Shown: one piece after another, positions 31,120 to 41,500 of the stretch
How positions within the stretch are numbered: the stretch's first letter is position 1
Layout of the letters: each line of letters opens with the position of its first letter
Origin: Limnothrix sp. BL-A-16
GTDB lineage: Bacteria > Cyanobacteriota > Cyanobacteriia > CACIAM-69d
DNA length: 64,000 bases
NCBI GenBank assembly: GCA_041937175.2
Contig: CP166615.1
Coordinates: 1,024,001 to 1,088,000, forward strand
Direction of reading: 5' to 3'
Notes under the pieces: model-generated
Seen by the model: only the letters and a program-made list of their open reading frames with translations
What the model was told of the DNA's origin: nothing
Databases searched by the model: none
Program-made: the position numbers and the translations under genes

Positions 31120-33414
31120 CTAGGCGGCGACGGTGGCCAATGCCTGGGGAGCAGGGGCGATCGAACCGGAGGCGGCACGCTGACCGGGAATCGCCACCAT
31201 AAACTCTGTGCCCCAGGCTGGATCCGTGGTGCAAATCAGTTGGCCACCATGTTTTTCCACCACGATTTGATAGCCGATCGCCAGGCCCAGCCCCGTGCCG
31301 CGGCCCACCGGCTTGGTGGTGAAAAAGGGATCAAACATCCGTTGCTGCACTGCTTCTGGAATCCCAGGGCCATTGTCCCGAATCCGCACCACAAACAAAT
31401 CATCACCCGATCGCGCCTCCGTGGAAATCACAATTTCCGGGTGCGGACATTGGCCCCGCAACGCCGCCTCTTCCAGCGCATCCACCGCATTCACCAGCAA
31501 ATTCACAAACACCTGGCTCATCAAACCCGGGTAACAATCCACGGGCCAAGCATCGTCGTATTGGGTCACCACATGAATTGTGGGCAAGGAGCCATTGCCC
31601 TTTAATCGATGCCCCAAAATCATCAGGGTACTGGCGAGGGCTTCATGCAAATCCACACGACGCATTTCCTGGCCATCCATCCGCGAAAAATTGCGCAAAT
31701 CATGCACAATATTGCGAATTCGCTCTGTGCCTTCGCGCATCGATCGCACCACCTTGGGCAAATCATCCACCAGGAAATCCAGGTTCAGATCATCTTGGTA
31801 GTCCCTAATTGCTTCAGGGGGATGGGGATAGGTTACTTGATACATTTCCAGCAGCGTTAGCAACCCATTCATATATTCCTGAACATAGTCCAAATTGCCA
31901 TAGACAAATGAGGTGGGATTATTGATTTCGTGGGCAATCCCGGCCAACATTTGACCCAAGCTGGACATCTTTTCAGTCTGAATAAGCTGGGCTTCCGTGT
32001 CTTTCAAATCCGTGAGGGCGGCTGACAATTCACGGGTGCGCTCTTCCACTCGCTGCTCCAAGGCCAAATTGGCTTGTTCCAGGTGCTCGTTTGCCTGTTC
32101 CAATTTTTCAAAGGAGGTTTTTAGTTGCCGACCCATGGAATCAAAGGAATGGGAGAGCGCACTGAGTTCCACAATTGGCGATCGGGGCGGAAGGGTTTGT
32201 TTTTGATCAATCGCAAACCGTTCCGCCGCTTCGGCCAACTGTTGCACGGGACGGCTAATAGTCCGGGTGGTGACCACTCCCAGCACCACCGATCCCGCCA
32301 CGGCCAAGGCACAAATCCAAATGGTTTGTTCAGTGCTGCGATCCACTTCCCGGGTCAAGTCCGATCGGGGGATGGCCAACAGAATTTGCCAATCTAAGCC
32401 CTCTAAACCATTCCAACTGACCGATCGCACAAAATAAGGCTGATCTTGCAGGGGGGCTTCCAGTTCCACATCTTGCAGGAGTTGCCCATCTTTGGCCCGC
32501 ACCAAGCTCCCCAAAGATTGCAACACCCGATCGCTGGTGTTATCCATCGATAGGCGCTGAATGGAACCGCTATCCTGAGAGAAGCTATTGCCTGTGGAGG
32601 TGGCAATCACCTTCCCATCCCGCTCCAAAAGATAGACCCGGGCATTAGGGGTAACGTGGAGGGCTTGGAGTTGTTGTTGCAAGGCATCAAAGAGAAAGTC
32701 AATGCCAATGACCCCCTTGAGCGATCGATTCTTTTCGCTATAGACGGGATAACTGGCAGACACCGCCAGCCGCTTGGTGGGTTCACCGGTTTCCCAGGTA
32801 TAAATAGGACTCCAAGTGGGACTTTGTGCCCGCACCCCTGCTAAGTACCAATCATCAGTTCGCGGTTCATAATCATACAAATCAAGCTGTTTTTTAACCT
32901 TCCCATTATTATCCAACAGCGATCGCTTCACTTTCCCCAAATGCTGTTTGGGATCAATCACCTCCGAGACCAAATCGCCATTACTCAGCCGTTCAATCCC
33001 GACAAATAATCCCTGAGGATTGGCAAAGTTAATGTAAGTCATGCCGGGATAAATTCGCATACTTTGCCAGAGTTGCTGTTGGATAGCCCCCAAGTCTTCG
33101 GAGGAAATCACATCCCGAGCCAGAAGCTGGGCATTGATGCCATTGATTTGATGCGGTTGCCGCAACTCCTGCAACAACTTGGATTCGACCGTTTCAACCG
33201 TGTGGTTTTCCAGATGATCCACCATCCGGCCAACGGCCTGGCGGCTATTTTGGATCGACCAATAGGCACTCAGACCAACAGCCAAGCCCACTTCCAGGCA
33301 AAACGGAATAATCAGCAAAAACTTGAGACGAATCCAAGCACCTTTGCGGATTCCTGTCTCTTTGGCCGCGCCACTCGATCGCCGTTGATGTTGAACCATC
33401 TTCATAGTCGCCAT
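31120..33414 (-). CDS. Sensor histidine kinase (dCache, HAMP, HisKA, HATPase)
   Basis: YEPRTDDWY..WSPIY Cache motif, AHEINNP, DNGPG and GTGLGL. Confidence 0.93.
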   Translation of the reverse strand: MATMKMVQHQRRSSGAAKETGIRKGAWIRLKFLLIIPFCLEVGLAVGLSAYWSIQNSRQAVGRMVDHLENHTVETVESKLLQELRQPHQINGINAQLLARDVISSEDLGAIQQQLWQSMRIYPGMTYINFANPQGLFVGIERLSNGDLVSEVIDPKQHLGKVKRSLLDNNGKVKKQLDLYDYEPRTDDWYLAGVRAQSPTWSPIYTWETGEPTKRLAVSASYPVYSEKNRSLKGVIGIDFLFDALQQQLQALHVTPNARVYLLERDGKVIATSTGNSFSQDSGSIQRLSMDNTSDRVLQSLGSLVRAKDGQLLQDVELEAPLQDQPYFVRSVSWNGLEGLDWQILLAIPRSDLTREVDRSTEQTIWICALAVAGSVVLGVVTTRTISRPVQQLAEAAERFAIDQKQTLPPRSPIVELSALSHSFDSMGRQLKTSFEKLEQANEHLEQANLALEQRVEERTRELSAALTDLKDTEAQLIQTEKMSSLGQMLAGIAHEINNPTSFVYGNLDYVQEYMNGLLTLLEMYQVTYPHPPEAIRDYQDDLNLDFLVDDLPKVVRSMREGTERIRNIVHDLRNFSRMDGQEMRRVDLHEALASTLMILGHRLKGNGSLPTIHVVTQYDDAWPVDCYPGLMSQVFVNLLVNAVDALEEAALRGQCPHPEIVISTEARSGDDLFVVRIRDNGPGIPEAVQQRMFDPFFTTKPVGRGTGLGLAIGYQIVVEKHGGQLICTTDPAWGTEFMVAIPGQRAASGSIAPAPQALATVAA

Positions 33415-33900
33415 CCACTTTCCTAAACGAATAGTTATAAACCGTCAATTGGAAAAAACTAGGGAAGGCTCGATCGAGTCGCGAGGCCACGGCAGAACGT
33501 CCCAATGAATGTTCAGCAAACGATGCTGCACACAACAATTGGTATGCCAGGATACCATCTGACTTCGATTGTGACCCAAGAAATTTGGGCTAATTTGAAA
33601 GTTCTTTGGAAGTTTTTAAGTTTAAATTTTGTGGAATTGACTAATTTTGTTTAGATTTAAGGGGTTTTTAAATTCCCAGGCTTTGTCACTCGCTCAGAGT
33701 CATCTTTTCGCCAGTTATTCCCAGGATGTCGAACAGTCCTTCAGGATCGGATCCGGCTGTCCTGGAACTGGGAGCAAAAGGCATCAAAATGGAAACGGCC
33801 GGCGAATATTGCCGCCGGTAGCCATCCAGTGTTTGATGGATGGCTTGGCATATTGGGTGATTGGGTTTGCGCCTGGCTCTTGCGGTAGGAGGTTAAAAAC

Positions 33901-36828
33901 GTGGCTAGCGGATTTGTTTCGCAATCGATCGCCCCTGGGGCAACAGTCCCGATCGCGGATCCCCATCAGTTTGCGGCGCGGCACATTGGGCCCGACCCGA
34001 TCGAAGCGGCGGCGATGCTGGAGGCCATGGGGCTGGAATCGATCGACCAACTGATCGATAAAACAATCCCGGCGGATATTCGCTTGGGGCGATCGCTCGA
34101 GTTGCCCCCGGCCATGACGGAAACGGCGGCCCTGGCCCGACTGCGGGAGATTGCCAGCCAAAACCAAATTTGGCGATCGTTCATCGGCACGGGCTACTAC
34201 GGCTGCATCGTGCCCGGCGTGATTCAGCGCAACGTGTTGGAAAATCCCGGCTGGTACACGGCCTACACGCCCTATCAGGCGGAAATTGCCCAGGGTCGGC
34301 TGGAGGCGCTGCTGAATTTCCAGACGATGGTTTGTGATTTGACCGGGTTGGAAATCGCCAATGCGTCCTTGCTGGATGAGGCGACGGCGGCGGCGGAAGC
34401 CATGGCCCTGAGTTATGGCGCGACCCAATCGAAGACGGCGCGGGCCTTTTTTGCGGATCGCGGTTGCCATCCCCAAACGATCGCCCTGTTGCAAACCCGG
34501 GCCCAACCGCTGGGGATTGAGGTGATCGTGGCGGACTGGCGATCGCTGACGGCGGCGGACTGGACGGCACGGGGCATTTTCGGGGCGATCGTCCAATACC
34601 CGACCAGTTTGGGGGCGATCGAGGATTATCGCCAACTGGTGGAGCAGGCCCACGCCGCCGATGCGCTGGTGACGGTGGCCACGGATCTGTTGGCCCTGAC
34701 CCTGCTGGAACCGCCGGGGGACTGGGGCGCGGACATTGCGATCGGCAGTTCCCAGCGGTTCGGTGTGCCCCTCGGCTATGGCGGGCCCCACGCGGCCTTT
34801 TTTGCGACGCGCGATCGGTTCAAGCGGCAACTACCCGGCCGGATCGTCGGCGTTTCCAAGGATGCCCAGGGCAAGCCGGCCCTACGCCTGTCGCTGCAAA
34901 CCCGTGAGCAACATATCCGCCGGGACAAGGCCACCAGCAACATCTGCACGGCCCAGGTGCTGTTGGCGGTGATGGCGGCCATGTATGCCACCTACCACGG
35001 GCCGGCGGGTTTGCAGGTGATCGCCCAGCGGGTGCGCCACCAAACCGTCAGCCTGGCCCATGCCTTGCAAGCTCTGGGTTACGAGGTAGCGGAAACCGCC
35101 CAACTATTCGACACGATCGCCCTGAAACCCACGGATCGATCGCCCCATCGATCGGCTGCGGAGGTGCAAATTGCCGCCGAAGTGCGCCAGGTGAATTTGC
35201 GTTACCTGCCCGACGGGTCGATCGCCCTCAGCCTGGACGAAACGACCACGGATCAGGATCTCGACCAACTGATCAAGATCTTTGGTGGCCAGGCGATCGC
35301 CCCCGTGGAACCACCCGCCCTGAGCCGATCGCGCACCAGCGACTACCTGACCCACCCGGTCTTTAACCGCTACCACAGCGAAACGGAGCTGCTGCGGTAT
35401 TTGCACCGGTTGGAAGCCAAAGACCTAGCCCTGAATCAATCGATGATTCCGCTCGGGTCTTGCACCATGAAGCTGAACGCCACGGCAGAAATGATTCCCG
35501 TCACCTGGCCGGAGTTTGGCAACCTGCACCCCCACGCGCCCCGATCGCAGGCGGCGGGCTACCAAATCCTGTTTGAGGAGCTGGAGCAGGATCTAGCGGA
35601 AATCACCGGCTTTGCGGCCTTGTCCCTGCAACCGAACGCCGGTTCCCAAGGGGAATACGCCGGATTGCTGACCATTCGCCACTACCACGCGGCCCGAGGC
35701 GAGGGCGATCGCACCGTTTGCCTGATTCCCCAATCCGCCCACGGCACGAACCCCGCCAGCGCCGTGATGGTGGGGCTGCAAGTGGTTCCCGTGGCCTGCG
35801 ATGCCAACGGCAACATCGATCTCGACGACCTGCGGGCCAAGGCCGACCAGCACGCCAATCGCCTGGGCGCGTTGATGATCACTTATCCCTCCACCCACGG
35901 CGTGTTTGAGACGGCGATTCGGGAAATCTGCGCGATCGTCCACGATCGGGGCGGCCTGGTCTATATGGACGGCGCGAACCTGAACGCCCAGGTGGGCCTC
36001 TGTCGTCCCGGTGATTTCGGGGCCGATGTGTGCCACCTGAATTTGCACAAAACCTTCTGCATTCCCCACGGCGGCGGCGGCCCCGGCATGGGGCCGATCG
36101 GGGTGGCGGAGCACCTGGCTCCCTTCTTGCCCCCTACCGATTGGCAGGCGATCGCCCAGGCCCCCACGGGCGACGGCTCGATCGGCTTGGTTTCGGCAGC
36201 CCCCTTCGGCAGCGCCAGCATTCTGCCCATTTCCTGGATGTACATTCGGATGATGGGCGCGGACGGCCTGAAACGGGCCACGGAACTGGCAATCCTGAAC
36301 GCCAACTACATCGCCCACCGGCTCGATCGCCATTTCCCCGTGCTCTATCGCGGCGAGGCCGGCTTCGTGGCCCACGAGTGCATCCTCGATCTGCGCGGCG
36401 TGAAACAGTCGGCGGCGATCGAAGTGGACGACATCGCCAAGCGGCTGATGGATTATGGGTTCCACGCGCCCACGGTGTCCTGGCCCGTGTTGGGCACAAT
36501 CATGGTCGAACCCACCGAAAGCGAATCAAAGGCCGAGATCGATCGCTTCTGTGATGCCCTGATCGCGATTCGGGACGAGATTCGGGCGATCGAATCCGGC
36601 TCCCTGCCCCGGGACAACAACCCCCTGAAACACGCGCCCCACGCCGCCGACGTGTTGCTGAAGGCCGACTGGGATCGCCCCTACAGCCGCGAGCAGGGAG
36701 CCTACCCCGCCCCCTGGACGCGCGAGGTGAAATACTGGCCGCCGGTTTCCCGGATCGACAATGCCTGGGGCGATCGCAACCTGGTTTGCGCCTGCCTACC
36801 CATGGAGGCCTACGCCGAACCCAGCTAA
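33901..36828 (+). CDS. gcvP: Glycine dehydrogenase (glycine cleavage P protein)
   Basis: [30 protein letters not shown] (PLP lysine) and GDRNLVC; GGAGG RBS. Confidence 0.98.
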   Translation: MASGFVSQSIAPGATVPIADPHQFAARHIGPDPIEAAAMLEAMGLESIDQLIDKTIPADIRLGRSLELPPAMTETAALARLREIASQNQIWRSFIGTGYYGCIVPGVIQRNVLENPGWYTAYTPYQAEIAQGRLEALLNFQTMVCDLTGLEIANASLLDEATAAAEAMALSYGATQSKTARAFFADRGCHPQTIALLQTRAQPLGIEVIVADWRSLTAADWTARGIFGAIVQYPTSLGAIEDYRQLVEQAHAADALVTVATDLLALTLLEPPGDWGADIAIGSSQRFGVPLGYGGPHAAFFATRDRFKRQLPGRIVGVSKDAQGKPALRLSLQTREQHIRRDKATSNICTAQVLLAVMAAMYATYHGPAGLQVIAQRVRHQTVSLAHALQALGYEVAETAQLFDTIALKPTDRSPHRSAAEVQIAAEVRQVNLRYLPDGSIALSLDETTTDQDLDQLIKIFGGQAIAPVEPPALSRSRTSDYLTHPVFNRYHSETELLRYLHRLEAKDLALNQSMIPLGSCTMKLNATAEMIPVTWPEFGNLHPHAPRSQAAGYQILFEELEQDLAEITGFAALSLQPNAGSQGEYAGLLTIRHYHAARGEGDRTVCLIPQSAHGTNPASAVMVGLQVVPVACDANGNIDLDDLRAKADQHANRLGALMITYPSTHGVFETAIREICAIVHDRGGLVYMDGANLNAQVGLCRPGDFGADVCHLNLHKTFCIPHGGGGPGMGPIGVAEHLAPFLPPTDWQAIAQAPTGDGSIGLVSAAPFGSASILPISWMYIRMMGADGLKRATELAILNANYIAHRLDRHFPVLYRGEAGFVAHECILDLRGVKQSAAIEVDDIAKRLMDYGFHAPTVSWPVLGTIMVEPTESESKAEIDRFCDALIAIRDEIRAIESGSLPRDNNPLKHAPHAADVLLKADWDRPYSREQGAYPAPWTREVKYWPPVSRIDNAWGDRNLVCACLPMEAYAEPS

Positions 36829-36904
36829 AACAACGCTCTAGGGTTGATCGCCGTCATTGTCGGTGAAGACTAAAGCGGCTGGTTTTCCTGGCCACAATCG
36901 CCGT

Positions 36905-36928
36905 AACAAGGGGCTTAAGCCCCTTGTT
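36905..36928. repeat. Perfect palindrome of the CAAGGGGCTTAAGCCCCTTG family, possibly inside a decayed MITE starting near 36841
   Basis: AACAAGGGGCTTAAGCCCCTTGTT between convergent gcvP and the cupin gene. Confidence 0.85.
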
Positions 36929-36982
36929 TGCCAACAGTTTGGCAGTGATAGATCAGAGTTTTCAGTAATTTAAAAATTCGCG

Positions 36983-37483
36983 TTAATCATCCTCGGGGCG
37001 ATCGCTACTCCAAAACAATTCCAAAGCCGATTCATCCACGAGATAGGCCGAGGTTTGATCGCCAATCACCCGCTTGCCCACCCTCGGAAAAGTAGCCATA
37101 TCTAATGGTTTGTTTTCGCCACCCATCAAATAAACCAATTCTTCATCAAAGGGATTGCGCAAGTGGTGCGGCTGTTGCGGAATCCCAAACCCCATGAAAT
37201 CCCCCGGCCCCACTTCATATTCCGCTTCACCAATTTCCGCAATGCCCCGGCCCGACAAAATATAAACCCACTCTTCTTCGGTTTGGTGAGCATGGTAAAT
37301 AAATGACTCTTTACCGGGTGGTACTCGGGCGATCGTCACCCCAATTTGTTTGAGACCAACCGCACGACCCAAAAACCGTAAATCAATTTCTGAATTGGGA
37401 TTGAGCGGATGTTGAAATTGGACTGCATCCATCGCATCAATCTCAGATGCTTTGATCAGCGCAGGTAACTTTTCAGGGTTCAT
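36983..37483 (-). CDS. Cupin domain protein
   Basis: HAHQTEEEWVYILSG and GDFMGF...PHHLRN. Confidence 0.9.
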   Translation of the reverse strand: MNPEKLPALIKASEIDAMDAVQFQHPLNPNSEIDLRFLGRAVGLKQIGVTIARVPPGKESFIYHAHQTEEEWVYILSGRGIAEIGEAEYEVGPGDFMGFGIPQQPHHLRNPFDEELVYLMGGENKPLDMATFPRVGKRVIGDQTSAYLVDESALELFWSSDRPEDD

Positions 37484-37495
37484 GGCTTTGGCTCT

Positions 37496-37710
37496 TTAGG
37501 GTACTGAGTCGCTGAGAATTAAACTAGCTGTTTTAGGATCGTATTGAAATTGCTCGATCGCCCCCTCCTGAATTTTCTGGATCGCTGTTTCAATCACCTC
37601 CAGCGGCACAAAAAACCATTCCTTAGGCTTCACCGGTTCCCCGAATCGATCGAGCAATTCAAGCGCTAAGCAGGCACGATCAAAATTCCATGTAATAACG
37701 GTTGGCGGTT
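37496..37710 (-). pseudogene. C-terminal remnant of a T5orf172/GIY-YIG (YeeC-like) protein
   Basis: Hand translation FDRACLALELLDRFGEPVKPKEWFFVPLEVIETAIQKIQEGAIEQFQYDPKTASLI...*; NRQPLLHGI lies upstream in another frame; no proper N-terminus. Confidence 0.7.
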
Positions 37711-38464
37711 AAGTTGGACTTTGATCGGGCGGATTTTGATTAGGGGATTGCGGTTCAGTATTCTCGGTTGTCGTCTGGTTAACATCTGGGTCGCTAGGGG
37801 GCGTTTGCAGTTGTTGCATGAACCAAGCCGCCGCGGCCGTGTTGGTTTCTGTGGCTAGTCGTTCCAGGGTTTGTTCTAGGAGGGCGATCGGTAAACCGGC
37901 TAACACCTGCGATTGTTCCAACAATTGATAGTGACCCGACTCATCCAAGCCAAAGGCAAAAATCCGCAATCCCTTAACATCAACCACCCAATATTCAGGA
38001 ATCCCTAAACTTGCATAAAGCTGTTTTTGTTCATCCAAATCTAGGCTGAGGGTGGTGTCAGCAATTTCACCCACCAGGTCGGGCCGGCGATCGCGTTGTA
38101 GATTAATTCGACGCGGCTGGCCCGGTTGCCATTGGGGAATATTATCCCCTCGATAGAGCACCAAATCGGGCGAACAGGCGTGGGTTTCCGGTGCTTCTAG
38201 TAAGCAGCGACCGTAGGATTGCAGGGTGACTTCTGGATGGAGAAATGCCCAAAATCCAAAAATCATCGTGATCAAATCGCTAAACGCCGCATGATTCGGC
38301 CCTTCAAATCCCATATTGACCCACAACCAATCGTGATGAAATGCAATTTTTTGCCAATTTGAATTGGAATCGCGAACCGCTAGATAATCTGCCCAGGTGG
38401 CATCATGGCGCTGCCAGCGAGATGCCAGTGGTGGTGTGGTGGGTCTATCCAGTGCTAGGGTCAT
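37709..38464 (-). CDS. Uma2 (DUF820) family endonuclease-fold protein
   Basis: ATWADY, SPDL, PDLVGEIADTT and YASLGIPEYWVVD. Confidence 0.9.
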   Translation of the reverse strand: MTLALDRPTTPPLASRWQRHDATWADYLAVRDSNSNWQKIAFHHDWLWVNMGFEGPNHAAFSDLITMIFGFWAFLHPEVTLQSYGRCLLEAPETHACSPDLVLYRGDNIPQWQPGQPRRINLQRDRRPDLVGEIADTTLSLDLDEQKQLYASLGIPEYWVVDVKGLRIFAFGLDESGHYQLLEQSQVLAGLPIALLEQTLERLATETNTAAAAWFMQQLQTPPSDPDVNQTTTENTEPQSPNQNPPDQSPT

Positions 38465-38589
38465 CGATCGCCTCCTAGGATCTCTGATCTGCTCTCACTT
38501 TGCTGGCCGAAAACGCGATCGCAGCTGTTATGTAGATTCTCTTTGCAAGCCAGCTCTCAATCAGGTCTCTAATCAAGATTGTGATCGTG

Positions 38590-41500
38590 CTAGTGGGGTT
38601 TTGGGTCGGTGGGGCCAATTGGGTTCCCGATCGCACTGGCGGGGCCCTTGTCCGCCGGGTCTGAGGTTAGCGGATTTTGCTGATCTGCGAAGGTGCGTAA
38701 ACCGTCCAAAATTTTCAGAATTTGAGCGGTGTTCAGGCGATCGAGCGCCCCTTGGCCCTGATTGGCCCAGGCAACCCAAGGCTCTGTTCCGCTGGCCGCC
38801 GACCATTGGGCCAACTGCTCCACAAAACCGCGCATCTGTCGCAGGGTCATGGTTTGGCGCAGGGATCCTTCATAAACCAAAAGCCACGATCGCACCACCA
38901 GGGGATTGGGGGCCGCGTCGGTGGGCTGAATCGGGGCGATCGCCCGGCTTGCAGCTAAATCCGTTGGGGCCAGCGGCGGCGGGGGTTGCTCTGCGGCCTG
39001 TTGCAGGGCAGCTTTCAGGGCCATGTCCAGGCTAGCGGAATGGTCGGCCCCTGAGTTGATCGGGGGATGGGGTGGGATGGGGCCGTTGATTGGCCGCTCT
39101 GTGGGCGATTTTACGGGTAATTCTGGGGGTAATTTTGCGGGTGATTCTGGGGCTAGCGCTGGAGTTAGTTCAAAATTTAACGCCTTGAACGCCAGCGCCC
39201 GATCTCCCGTTGGTTCCGTTGCGAGGGTTGGTTCCGGCTCCGGTGCAAATTTCGATTCTGATCCCCATGGTGCTTGCGGCATCCAGTCTTCAAAGTTCTC
39301 TAGCCCTCTCCAGGCCTCTTGCGTTTCCGGGTGATGGGGTTGGTTGGGGGCGATGGGATGCGGGTTCGATCGCCCCGCGATCGGTGTTGGAACCACCGGA
39401 ACCGCCGGAAAATACAAACAAAACTGGCTGCCTTGCCCCAAGGTGCTGCGTACTTGGATGGTGCCCCCCAGCATGGCCGTGAGCCGCTTGACGATCGCCA
39501 GGCCCAACCCTGTGCCGCCATATTCTCGCTCGCACTGCCCTTCGCTTTGAATAAAGGCTTCAAAAATTCGCGCTTGCTGGTCGGGCGCGATGCCGATGCC
39601 CGTATCTGTGACCGTTAACAGCAGATTGAATGTGGGTTCCTGAAGGGTTTCGGGGTTGGGTTGGCCCGTGAAGTTGGGATTGACGAACGGGGGATGAGTG
39701 GGGCGCTGGTGGGTTGGTACTGGGCGATCGATGTTGTGGGCCGTCTGGGGAACCGCCTGGCTGGGGATGGTTTGCAGGGAAATCGTGACATGGCCGCGCT
39801 CGGTGAACTTCACGGCATTGCCCACCAAGTTGACCAAAATTTGTCGGAGGCGCACGGAGTCAAAGGTGATCAACTCAGGGATGCAATCGGCCACGGCCAC
39901 CTGCACTTGAATCCCTTTTTGTTGGGCTGCCACCGTAAACATTTCCGCCACCTCGCGCAACACTAAGCGTGGGCGAATGGGGCCCCAGTGCAACACCAGT
40001 TTTCCCGCTTCAATTTTTGAGAGATCCAACAAATCGTTAATTAAAGCCAACAGGGTTTCCCCGCTTTGGGTCATCACCTGAAGCCACGATCGGGTTTTGG
40101 GGTCGCGGGCTTCCCGTTGCAGCAGTTCACAAAACCCCAAGATGGAGTTCATGGGGGTGCGAATTTCGTGGCTGAGATTCGCTAAAAATTCGCTCTTGGC
40201 ACGGTTGGCCAGGTCGGCGGCTTCTTTGGCTTGGCGCAGGGCGGCTTCGGCGGTGGCACGGGATTGGGCCATGGCCATCAATGTGCCGACTTGCTGGGCC
40301 CATTTGATGCTGCCGGGTTCCCAAGCGGCGGGCTGGTTCATGGCCAAGACAAAGCAGGCTACTAGTTCACTGCGGTAGTGAATGGGCAACACCCCGATCG
40401 AACCCATGCCCTGTTCGGCTAACCAATGGTTGATTGCAGCATTCAAGGGGTTTGAGCGATCCGCAGAATCTGGCAACAGGATCGGTTCCGATCGATCCAG
40501 GCGATCGCCCAACCAATCCAACGGCAACAACAGCGTTGAGGGATCCGGCGTGAGCGGACAAGCCACCTGATCCGTCGGCCGTAACCAATAGCCATCCAAA
40601 CTCCAGGGCTGACCGGCGGCCGGCCGTGAACAAAACCAGGCATGGCTTAGATGCAGGGCGGAAACCACTGTGGAAAGCGTGGTGGCCAGGGCAACACCAA
40701 TATCTTCGTTCAAAAATTGCTGGGAGAGGCTGGCCAAAACCCGATCGCGGTGCGATCGCCGTTGCAACACCTCCAGCAGCCGTTTCAGATCCGTAATATC
40801 GTTGGCCGTTCCCAGCAGCAATTGCGGCCGCCCCTGCTCATCCAAGCTAAACACCGTTTCCCGACTGCTGAGGGTGCGCCATTCTCCGTTGGCATGACGC
40901 ATTCGATATTCCCGCTCCAAAACCTGGCCCACCTCGGTTCGGGCACAGGTGCGCCCATATTGCAGCAGCGCCAACCAGTCATCGGGGTGAAGCACATCCA
41001 CAAAGGAGCCTTGGGCCATGCGCTGAATTTCCGGCACCGAGTAGCCCAGCAGGGTTTCCACCGCTTGGTTCACATAGACCAACTCTTGATCCAACAGGTT
41101 GTAGAGGTAGAGCAAGTTGGGGGTGGAGTCGGCCAACTGCTGCACAAATCGCTGGCTTTCGGCCAGTTGGGCCGTGCGTTCCTGAACGCGCTGTTCTAGC
41201 TGTTCGTTCAGTTGGCGCAAGGCTCCTTCAACGGCCTTGAGGGGGGTGATGTCTGCAATGTTGCCCAGCAGTTGGGTGGGATGACCTTGGCGATCGCGCG
41301 AGAAGATCGTTAACCGCTCAAAGAGCCAGCGCCATTCCCCGTCCGATCGCTGCATTCGATATTCCCGCTCGCAAATTTCCCCATCCGTGCAGCTCAAAAC
41401 GGTTTCGTAGTGATGGGCCAAGCGCTCAAAATCGTCGGGATGCACCAGGCGCACCACCATGGCGCTGGTCATGGCTTGGATTTCCCGAGGGGTGTAGCCC

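Noticed and set aside
33784..36554. Long alternative ORFs overlapping gcvP, and similar ones over other genes
   Set aside because: Expected shadow ORFs in GC-rich coding DNA; no motifs.
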